A stretch of DNA of 64,000 nucleotides from IMG/VR virus record IMGVR_UViG_3300010048_000001, positions 1-64,000 of that record, one strand, 5' to 3'. A program made the translations under genes and the position numbers. The stretch comes from a virus. This document shows, piece after piece, positions 19,391 to 27,224 of the stretch (position 1 is its first letter; each line of letters starts with the position of its first letter). A model generated the notes under the pieces. It did no database searches, was not told the origin of the DNA, and saw nothing but the letters and a program-made list of their open reading frames with translations.

Positions 19391-19900
19391 TTACCACCAT
19401 CTCCCCGGATATTTGACGACACCCCTGATGTGCGCATCCTGCAGCACACGACAGTGCGCCACGTTGTATTCCCCGGTCAGCTGGACGTGCTTGTCCCAGC
19501 CATCGGTGGCCCGATAGAGAACCCAATCTCCCGGTTTAATGGGCGGCGTACCGATCTTGTCGGTCAGCCCTGCCTTGATCCAGGCATCCCACGGGAATTT
19601 CGTGGCATTGTCGTCTTGGAAAGCCGTTGGGCCAACGATCAGGACCGCCCCAACAACCCCTTCGTAATAATCGGATTTCTGAGTTTCTGCTGCGGCGACA
19701 AGGTTCTCGGAAACCTTTTCCCGTTCATATTTTACGACGAGCACATCATTAAACAAAAACGTCACGTCGAGCTCACCAAGCCGCTTAAGAATGGCTTGGA
19801 TATATCCGCGCTCTTCATCGAAGACCGGCCCTCGAGCGGGGGCGATTGGTGCGCCGCTCAAGCCGACAAGAGGGGGCTTCATTACCTGCTGTAAAGTCAT
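19391..19900 (-). CDS. GroES-like co-chaperonin
   Basis: DVLVVK...VVGAVLIVGPTAF...KPGDWVLY...CRVLQDAHIRGVV. Confidence 0.7.
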   Translation of the reverse strand: MTLQQVMKPPLVGLSGAPIAPARGPVFDEERGYIQAILKRLGELDVTFLFNDVLVVKYEREKVSENLVAAAETQKSDYYEGVVGAVLIVGPTAFQDDNATKFPWDAWIKAGLTDKIGTPPIKPGDWVLYRATDGWDKHVQLTGEYNVAHCRVLQDAHIRGVVKYPGRWW

Positions 19901-20100
19901 TAATTCCTATCCATTTCTTGTCTAATTTCGTCGGCTATATCGATGACGCGGCGCATCCCCGCGACCTCGCCACAGGAATACCGATAGGAGCCAAAGTCTT
20001 CCGCTGTACCTTGGGCCAGCATGCCGGCCTTCTCGGCGGCTTCTTTCTCAACTCGGCGCGCGAGTTCTTCGTGAAAGAACGGGTTGTAAATGCCGATCAA
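19900..20100 (-). CDS. small conserved head-operon protein
   Basis: LAQGTAEDFGSYRYSCGEVAGM pattern; coupled to the GroES-like gene. Confidence 0.6.
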   Translation of the reverse strand: MIGIYNPFFHEELARRVEKEAAEKAGMLAQGTAEDFGSYRYSCGEVAGMRRVIDIADEIRQEMDRN

Positions 20101-20641
20101 CTAAAAAGCGGGAGTTCTTTCACTCGCGTCCTCTAACTCGAACGCGACGCCGCCTAGTGCGGCCGATTAGCGACCGCCAGTGAGACCCGAGTCTCGGCTT
20201 TCCCAGCTATCGGGGCTGAGGTTCGCCAGATGGTTGGACCGATTACGTTATTTTTTGTCAGGCGTCAAGGTACGTTTATGCACCTTGGTAGCGCCGCAGC
20301 CGCTCCGCCACCAGTTCCGCTGTATGCGCCCGCTGCATCTTCACCGCAGTCGGTCCGATACATTCGAGAGAGACGACGCAATCGTCAATCTCACACCGGC
20401 CAGCCCCGCAGCGCTCGCAGCGCTCATCAAGAGGATCAGCTAACGCGGATCGGAAGTGGTGCAGCATTCTTTAATTGTTTCATGTGAAACGTAGTTTGCG
20501 CCAGCCGTATCACAGCACGAGCTAACGCCGCCAATGCAGTCAGGGCACGGGTATCCAGCGGCGAGCGCAAGCGGCACTAAGAATGATGAGCGCATCTCGA
20601 CTGGCAACCGCCCGCTCCCGTGGCAGGTCGGACAAATCACC

Positions 20642-21196
20642 TTACGGCCTCTTGCCAATCTTCTCCAGTCGACCCACGCCAGATGCGGCGCCGGCATCGT
20701 CATGGGGGCCACCGAGCCGGCCACCGCGCGCCATACCGGGCGGACGCATGCCAGGCGGCGGCCCTGCGAGACCGGGAGGAGGACCGCCACCGCCGGGCGG
20801 CCCCATCATTGGAGGCCGAGGGGGTGGGGCCACCGCTTGCGGTGGCAGCACAGGCGGACGAGGCGGCATTGCAGGCGGAGCAGCCCCGCCTTGAGGCGCC
20901 CCAATGTTCACCGTAACGTGCGAGTTCTTCTTACCGTGCCCCTTGCCACCACGGCCGCCACGATCGAGCCGCCGGGCACCGGCTGGCCCTTCGGCGCAGC
21001 CGCCGTCTTTGAGCTTGAGCTTAGTGTGATGGCCTGGATGCAGCTGCGAATCATGCTCATGCATCGCTTCGCGTATTACCTTCTTTTCAGTCGCACCGCC
21101 CTCAGCGCGATGATGGCCGAGGATATGACCGACTCTGTGATGGTCATGCTTCGCCTCGACGTGGGCCTTAAGACTGCGATGTGAGTGTAGAGTCAC
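20642..21196 (-). CDS. His/Pro-rich low-complexity protein with [A/K]xGG motifs
   Basis: RAEGG, LKDGG, RRLDRGGRGG, GMRPPGMARGG (shared with 11164..11739), AGAASGVGRLEK. Confidence 0.7.
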   Translation of the reverse strand: MTLHSHRSLKAHVEAKHDHHRVGHILGHHRAEGGATEKKVIREAMHEHDSQLHPGHHTKLKLKDGGCAEGPAGARRLDRGGRGGKGHGKKNSHVTVNIGAPQGGAAPPAMPPRPPVLPPQAVAPPPRPPMMGPPGGGGPPPGLAGPPPGMRPPGMARGGRLGGPHDDAGAASGVGRLEKIGKRP

Positions 21197-21197
21197 G

Positions 21198-21473
21198 CTA
21201 TTGCCCTCGATTGCTTTTCAGCCAAGGCGTCCCTTCGGGGCCCTTGGGGATGCCGAGCGATTCGCGATCCTGGCGCTCGTTGCGTGTGAGTTGGCCACGC
21301 CAATCCTTGTCGGCAGCGGCGCGCTGTTGATAGTCGGCCGGCAAATCTGCGCGGCGACCGCCACCTTTGAACGGTGGATCGAGCTCACCGGTCTGCTGCT
21401 CGCTCGGACCACGACGCAAGTCCGGCTGGCCCAGAGGCTTTACCGGTGTGCCGCCTGATCTACTATTCGCCAT
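21198..21473 (-). CDS. small basic protein (FKGGG motif)
   Basis: RBS AAGGAGG; 91 aa. Confidence 0.6.
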   Translation of the reverse strand: MANSRSGGTPVKPLGQPDLRRGPSEQQTGELDPPFKGGGRRADLPADYQQRAAADKDWRGQLTRNERQDRESLGIPKGPEGTPWLKSNRGQ

Positions 21474-21506
21474 ATCGGCCTCCTTGTCTAAAGAATAGCA
21501 CGAATC

Positions 21507-21755
21507 CTAGTTGACGCGGAAGACGATGAAGTTGTTCGAGACAGGGAACCGCTCCTCATCATTGGGCGATGGGAATACTTGGCCGCGCACTATGAGCGGG
21601 AATTGCTCAAATTCCCGAAGCGGTGGTGCGATTTGCACCGGCGGGACCGGGATCGGCCCCGGCGGCGGGCCCGGGGGCGGCGGGGGCGGCCCCGAAGCTA
21701 CCTGCGGCGCAGCCCCGATCGGCAGCCCGCCGAGTGGGGCCGAGCCGAGCAGCAC
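21507..21755 (-). CDS. small Pro-rich putative virion accessory protein
   Basis: N-term MLLGSAPLGGLPIG resembles short anchor motifs of phage structural proteins; coupled to the upstream gene. Confidence 0.5.
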   Translation of the reverse strand: MLLGSAPLGGLPIGAAPQVASGPPPPPPGPPPGPIPVPPVQIAPPLREFEQFPLIVRGQVFPSPNDEERFPVSNNFIVFRVN

Positions 21756-21756
21756 G

Positions 21757-22365
21757 TCATGCCTTCGTCAGCGTGACGTTGAGATCGAGATTGGCGTTAA
21801 GCCAGTGCTTCCTGGCCTGCTGCTGAAACTCGTCGTTCCTGACCGCTATGTCACCGTCGACGGTCGTCCCGTATCCATAACTGCCGCCAAAATCACAGGT
21901 GAGCGGAAGATCCGTCATCTTCTCCTGCTCGCGCCACTGCCTGCTGTAGACCATAAAACTCGACTCACAGAGCGGCGGCCAGGGAGCCAGCGGATCAGTG
22001 ATCGCCCGCATCGATGACCAATGCGGAACTTGGACAACCAGCTGCGCACCGGGTTTCAGAATACGGCAGCATTCGTTCATAAACGCGTGGCGCTCTTCGC
22101 GCGTCAGCCGCTGGAAGTAGTAGGCGCAAAAAATGAAATCGACCACAGCCGAATCAATCGGCCAGGGGAATGATTTCAGATCGACCACATGGTCGACATT
22201 ATCGCTGGCAATCCGATCGACGTGGATGAAGCCATCCTCACGCGCCTGATAAGCGCCGCCAAGTTTCAGCTTGAAGAGTTGACCTTCCGGCGCTCTGATG
22301 CGCGCCGGCTTGGTTGCGAGACGCGCCACAGGTTTCGGCTTCTTTAATACGGTCGCACTCGGCAT
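21757..22365 (-). CDS. class I SAM-dependent methyltransferase
   Basis: LKLGG...GFIHVD...DL..FPWP...VDFIF...FMNECCRILKPGAQLVVQVP. Confidence 0.8.
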   Translation of the reverse strand: MPSATVLKKPKPVARLATKPARIRAPEGQLFKLKLGGAYQAREDGFIHVDRIASDNVDHVVDLKSFPWPIDSAVVDFIFCAYYFQRLTREERHAFMNECCRILKPGAQLVVQVPHWSSMRAITDPLAPWPPLCESSFMVYSRQWREQEKMTDLPLTCDFGGSYGYGTTVDGDIAVRNDEFQQQARKHWLNANLDLNVTLTKA

Positions 22366-22372
22366 TACTCAC

Positions 22373-22402
22373 TCACCACATTGTGTCAGTTGAAGAATCG
22401 TG
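22373..22402 (-). pseudogene. orphaned duplicate of the last 10 codons of the GT2 gene
   Basis: CAC GAT TCT TCA ACT GAC ACA ATG TGG TGA (HDSSTDTMW*) versus the gene end at 23047-23076, CAC GAT TCA ACT GCG GAT ATT ATG TGG TGA (HDSTADIMW*). Confidence 0.75.
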
Positions 22403-22406
22403 AGAC

Positions 22407-23042
22407 TCAAGAGGCTCTCCTTTGCCCATCGCGGATCATAGCAATCAAGCGACGAGATACATTATAACGAGCAGCTATCGGCACGGGATGCTCGCCACAC
22501 AATAGCGCGACCCTAATATCCGCCACCTGTAAGTCACTAAGTTTTGCCGCTCCGTTAGAACAGCCCACCCCTAGTCTCTTGGCCTTCATCGTCGCGCTGA
22601 TGTTCGCGCGCCGTATCATTTCTTTTACTGGGTCAAGCAACGCTTGTTGCATAGCTGTAACGCCACGCAAATCATTTCTTCGCTCTGGGGTCCGCGCCCA
22701 AGCACGCTTCAATGCCACAGAGGCCTTCGCCTTCGTAGCATCGGTATGATGCATGGTATCCTCGCCGCCACGGCTGAGATTATAACCATGCGGATGCTCT
22801 GTCATAAAGCGCAACACGGCACGACGCTCCATCAGGCGCAGATAACTCCAATCGTCTGCGATGATTAGCGTCCGCCTGAGAAATTTCTCAGAACCACATT
22901 TTCTCAGAGACCGATACAAAGGCCTTTGGTCCCCAGCAGACAGCCGTTCCAAATGCATAGCCCACCGATACTCTAGGTTATGCTTTGAAATTCCGAGATA
23001 CCGCTTGCCGCTTGGCGACACCAATTCATAAAGACAGCCCAC
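22407..23042 (-). CDS. GIY-YIG homing endonuclease
   Basis: GCLY...SGKRYLGIS...YRW..H, ME...GYNL..GG; NUMOD-like HTDATKAK; C-terminal HTH. Confidence 0.85.
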   Translation of the reverse strand: MGCLYELVSPSGKRYLGISKHNLEYRWAMHLERLSAGDQRPLYRSLRKCGSEKFLRRTLIIADDWSYLRLMERRAVLRFMTEHPHGYNLSRGGEDTMHHTDATKAKASVALKRAWARTPERRNDLRGVTAMQQALLDPVKEMIRRANISATMKAKRLGVGCSNGAAKLSDLQVADIRVALLCGEHPVPIAARYNVSRRLIAMIRDGQRRAS

Positions 23043-23046
23043 ATAA

Positions 23047-23775
23047 TCACCACATAATATCCGCAGTTGAATCGTGGTGCGCTACTCGGACGCCACAATC
23101 GACAGCGAAACGATATCCATGTTTACGAGCATCTCCGGCAAAATACAAGTCTTGGGTCCCGACGCCGTTCTTACTGTCGCCTACTGTCTTGAACCAGGGA
23201 CGCCGCAGACGCGGGTCTTTGAACATCGAGAGACGGAAGAGGGTAAACCCCATCCCGGTTCCATGGCATTCCTTTAGGCCACCATTTGGATCCGGCAACT
23301 GCGGCCGGAAATTCATCGGCATTTCCAGCGGATTACCCCATATCTGGGCGACGCCGCCCGGCCCTTTGGTGAAGTAAAGCCCCCCGATTGCGCCAAACTC
23401 CGGGTGAGCCTCCATCTGCTGGGCCAGCCTAACGAATCCATCAGGCGGCATGGCATTATCGTGCTCTCGAGTGAGAATATATTTCCACGTCGAAAGATCG
23501 GGGTGCCCGAGAATCGATTCGATGCATCTCGAGTAGGCCTCCCCGACTTCCGTATCGATCGTCGTCAACCGGGCGAATCGGTTGTTGGGCGGAACGATCA
23601 TGTTCTCCCAGGCAGCAACGACGCGAGGGTGGATCCCTCTGCCGCCTGCTGGAGTGATCATCACGCAAGACAAATCTTTCCAGGTCGCATCCTTATCGAG
23701 CCGAGAGACCGTCGCATTGAGGTCCGCATTGTGTCGGCCCGGATCGTAGGACGAGATTATTACCGGTTCAGGCAT
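23047..23775 (-). CDS. GT2-like glycosyltransferase
   Basis: Likely start MPEPVII (23775); YILTREHDN..PPD, GGLYF, GTGMGFTLF...PWF, QDLYF...GYRFAVD..VRVAH. Confidence 0.8.
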   Translation of the reverse strand: MPEPVIISSYDPGRHNADLNATVSRLDKDATWKDLSCVMITPAGGRGIHPRVVAAWENMIVPPNNRFARLTTIDTEVGEAYSRCIESILGHPDLSTWKYILTREHDNAMPPDGFVRLAQQMEAHPEFGAIGGLYFTKGPGGVAQIWGNPLEMPMNFRPQLPDPNGGLKECHGTGMGFTLFRLSMFKDPRLRRPWFKTVGDSKNGVGTQDLYFAGDARKHGYRFAVDCGVRVAHHDSTADIMW

Positions 23776-23785
23776 TGTCTTGATC

Positions 23786-24481
23786 CTAAGCAGTGTAGAG
23801 CCATACGGGAACACCTGAAGGTGCCGCCGATGGCGGCTTAAAGAACATCTGCAGGACAACGAAAGCGTGGGCCCCGCCCGTGACGGTCCACGTGGAGGTC
23901 ACGCTACCTGTCGTTGTTGTCACACCAGAGCCATCCGCGTAGCCAGCGTTTGCATCATTATTGTTCTGGATCGTCGGCGACGTAACTCCGGTAATCGCCA
24001 AAGATGAATAACCAACGTTCACCGTCCCATCAGAGCTGACCCCTGTTAATACTAGGTCGCCGTTGGTGGCGGTACCCGTACCGGAGTTTGGCGTCGAGGT
24101 GCCGGTCGAATTGTCTAGTCCGCTGTGCCCATCCAGCGTCGGAGTGCCGGCGACAGAGTTCGTAAATTTTATAACGCCAAAATTCTGAATGACCGGGGTG
24201 GTGGCGTAGGACGCCGTGATCGAGGTCGCCGAGTGGGCGCATGAAGCGCAATAAAAACTGGCAAGAAGCTGGCCAGAAGCGTCAAAAACATTATCCACCG
24301 GTATGTAGGTATTGGGCGGCGAAGCGTTGTCTGTGACCGAGATCGTGTCGGTCTGAAAATCCGAGTACTCCACAAATACCGCAATGCCATCGCCGATATT
24401 TATGGTGAGACCGCTTTTCGTGAGACTTGTTACAGTCGACAGAGTGCCGGCGGTGCCAAGAGCGGTGACGGTCCAGGTCAT
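23786..24481 (-). CDS. Thr/Ser-rich beta protein, putative virion accessory
   Basis: GDGIAV...ISVTDN...NTY...SFY pattern; no signal peptide. Confidence 0.6.
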   Translation of the reverse strand: MTWTVTALGTAGTLSTVTSLTKSGLTINIGDGIAVFVEYSDFQTDTISVTDNASPPNTYIPVDNVFDASGQLLASFYCASCAHSATSITASYATTPVIQNFGVIKFTNSVAGTPTLDGHSGLDNSTGTSTPNSGTGTATNGDLVLTGVSSDGTVNVGYSSLAITGVTSPTIQNNNDANAGYADGSGVTTTTGSVTSTWTVTGGAHAFVVLQMFFKPPSAAPSGVPVWLYTA

Positions 24482-24498
24482 TTATTTGTCTATCCTAC

Positions 24499-26853
24499 TT
24501 ATGGGACCAAATTCGAGGTGGCGGCGCTAATGTTGTTGGCGCTATCCATAGTCCACAGATACACGGTGTCGCCGTGCGTGGCGGACAGCGAGACGGGCGG
24601 CAGAAAGCTCCATGCATTCCCAGTACCCGACTGCCCGCCGGAGGTTGGCGTCGTCGACGAAGTCGACGCGAGCCACTTGACCGCCCCATACTGCGCCGTA
24701 AAGGTCGTCGTGTTGAACGGGACCACACTCCCAAGCCCGAGCGGGTTCAGCGTGAACGAAGCGGTCGGCAGCGTGGTGAAACCGGTGGTATGGCACCCAG
24801 AGAACGTGCCACTGGCACAAAAGTTCGTGTTCTCTGTAGGAGTAACGGTGTTGGAATCAGTTAAGTACTGTGCCGTTGGCGCGCTAAAATAGTTTTGGGT
24901 AGCAGAGCAGCTGACGCACTGCATGTCGTTTAAGGTGTTGGCTGGGCAATCAGCCGGCCCGGTACCAACATTATCAGTTGACGAAGGGTCTGGGCACCCA
25001 TTCCCTCGGAAATCAATATTTGCGCTAGACGAACCGATGACGCTGTTATTGGTGAATACCAGATTGTTGACTTGCATTCCCGGGCTGGCGCTGACCCCAG
25101 ATGGGCCACAACTCTCACCGTCTATGCCGCCGCGCCACGCGCACGAGCTAAGGAAAGCGTCAGCGCCCTTTAACCAGTTGCCAGTAAATTCCATGTCGTT
25201 GGTAATGCCATTTGTAGCCGGATCATTGACCCCCGGGGCTATCGCCGTATTGTTATCGCTCGCAGTTCCACCGGAGCCGGTATTAGACATACTGAAGTAA
25301 TTGTTCGTGTTGAAGAAATGATGGCTGCCATCCGGCTCGCTCGTGCCACCACCGGCATAGCAAAAGCCAAGTCCGCATCCTGCCCAGCCATAACCAGCCG
25401 CCGCAACGCTGCACGCTACATTATCACACCCATAATATACAAGGTTCCCCGTAAATGTCATATTGTCCACATCGATATTATTGGGCGTCTCCGCAACAAA
25501 TATATTGTTCTTGATAAGACCGTCGTGGAACTCCTGGTATTGTATTGTCTCTCCCTGAGCATAAAAGCCGCCACTGGCCGGCATGGCATCAACCGAGTTC
25601 AGAAGCGTGAAATTATTGGTATCGCGGACGAAGAACTGTGCGTTAGGGCCGTTGAACCCCACGTATCGAATATCATTAACGGTCGCGTTCGGGCAGCTCT
25701 GGAGGTTGAATGTACCATTGAAATCGCCGGCCTCGGAAAAGCCTCCCTCATTCCTTGAGGATTGCGCTATAGACCCATCAAAGTATATGTGAGACACGGT
25801 GGCCACAGGGCTGCCGTTATTACAGCCGAATGTGCCGAGAGAGTCGTAGTTCCCAAATGACAGGTACCCTCCAGCGGCGCCATTGGCTGGGCTGGTGCCA
25901 TTGGAAAACACGCGCGTATTAGTTCCGCTCGGACCGCCACTCCCGTTGTTCGGATGCCCCAGGTAGTCAAAAGTGTTGCCGCTACCTGCGCCAACCAAGT
26001 TTATCGATTTGGTTCCCGTTCTTATGCCCCACCCAAAACTAAAAGTGTCCCCGGTCCTCGTTGCAGTCACGTTTTGGCTTAACGTAACGCAGTTTGAGCA
26101 GCCGCTGTTTATCGCGGTTACCGTGGTGGGGGGCGTGTAATCTGGGATAGCTATGTTGCCGGCTCCGGCCGTTGCGTCCGTTACTATTTCGCCGACAGTT
26201 ATACCGGCGGTTGAAGACATTCCGGTTATCTTGTTGGGGTTGCTGCTGGTGGAGATGTTACCGGTAGGCGTGGCGGTTGACATATTAAGCGCCCAGTTGC
26301 CAGCCGCCAAGAACACGGTATCACCGTTGGATGCGGCGTTTATCGCGGCCTGGATGCACTGGTCGGTCCAGGGACTCCCGGTGGTACCACTACCGCCGCC
26401 ATTCGAGGCACAGTACGTCGCCGCCGCGTCATACAGGGTGCCGACGGTGATCGCGAAATTCTGCTTTAGTGGACTGCCCGTCGCTCCGGCCTGCGTAGCC
26501 GCAACGCAGATATTCTTGGTTCCTGCCGTGATCGCTCCGTTAGTCTCTAACGTGTCGTTTACGATCTGGAACGAAGCATTGTCGGCGCCGCTGCAGCCGC
26601 CGACGGTAGGTGTCAGCGACAAACCAGCGCTTGAGTAGCCCGCAAAAATTGGCGTTGTTGGGCTCATTGATACGCTGAGAATACCGACCGCGGTCCCAGA
26701 GGACAATCCGGTGGTGGTGGTGGCGTTGGACAGAACGATCGACGAGAGCGTCTGGGGAGCGCCGCCCCCACCAAATTGAGTCGGATACCACGTAAAGCCA
26801 GACCCGATCCCGGCTGCCGCGAACAGCGCAAACGCTATGAACCGCTTTCTCAT
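24499..26853 (-). CDS. Sec-signal cadherin-like plus beta-helix protein
   Basis: MRKRFIAFALFAAAG; cadherin-like ADNASFQI; beta-helix cap GSGTTGSPW..IQAAINAASNGDTVFLAAG; Asn-rich turns; 20 Cys; C-term YLWTMDSANNIS. Confidence 0.75.
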   Translation of the reverse strand: MRKRFIAFALFAAAGIGSGFTWYPTQFGGGGAPQTLSSIVLSNATTTTGLSSGTAVGILSVSMSPTTPIFAGYSSAGLSLTPTVGGCSGADNASFQIVNDTLETNGAITAGTKNICVAATQAGATGSPLKQNFAITVGTLYDAAATYCASNGGGSGTTGSPWTDQCIQAAINAASNGDTVFLAAGNWALNMSTATPTGNISTSSNPNKITGMSSTAGITVGEIVTDATAGAGNIAIPDYTPPTTVTAINSGCSNCVTLSQNVTATRTGDTFSFGWGIRTGTKSINLVGAGSGNTFDYLGHPNNGSGGPSGTNTRVFSNGTSPANGAAGGYLSFGNYDSLGTFGCNNGSPVATVSHIYFDGSIAQSSRNEGGFSEAGDFNGTFNLQSCPNATVNDIRYVGFNGPNAQFFVRDTNNFTLLNSVDAMPASGGFYAQGETIQYQEFHDGLIKNNIFVAETPNNIDVDNMTFTGNLVYYGCDNVACSVAAAGYGWAGCGLGFCYAGGGTSEPDGSHHFFNTNNYFSMSNTGSGGTASDNNTAIAPGVNDPATNGITNDMEFTGNWLKGADAFLSSCAWRGGIDGESCGPSGVSASPGMQVNNLVFTNNSVIGSSSANIDFRGNGCPDPSSTDNVGTGPADCPANTLNDMQCVSCSATQNYFSAPTAQYLTDSNTVTPTENTNFCASGTFSGCHTTGFTTLPTASFTLNPLGLGSVVPFNTTTFTAQYGAVKWLASTSSTTPTSGGQSGTGNAWSFLPPVSLSATHGDTVYLWTMDSANNISAATSNLVP

Positions 26854-26855
26854 AT

Positions 26856-27224
26856 TTAGCCCAGTATCACGTTGATTTGACCGTCTGAAACCTTGGCTGA
26901 AATGGGTGTGGCGCTATTCACGCCCATGGCAATCAGCTGCCCGGCGATTTGGTTCGTCAAATCGCGACGTTCCCAGCAGAAATAATCACGGCAAGTCTTC
27001 GGACGAAATGCATACACCGAACATCGACCCCGGTCAATAAACGGGCACCTCTCGACGTTCGATTTGATGATCATCTTGCCGTTTTCTTCTTTGACATATC
27101 GTGAGCGAAACGCCCGGCTTGCCAGCCCTACATGCGAGGCAAGCGAACGGATTTCGTGATCCGTCACATCGACGGAGCCGGAGATGGTGCAGCACACGCC
27201 AGGGCACTTGCTGCAATCCATCAT
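26856..27224 (-). CDS. YkgJ/FliB-like CxxCxxxCC zinc/iron-chelating protein
   Basis: CSKCPGVCC...CPF....CSVY..RPKTCRDYFC. Confidence 0.85.
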   Translation of the reverse strand: MMDCSKCPGVCCTISGSVDVTDHEIRSLASHVGLASRAFRSRYVKEENGKMIIKSNVERCPFIDRGRCSVYAFRPKTCRDYFCWERRDLTNQIAGQLIAMGVNSATPISAKVSDGQINVILG

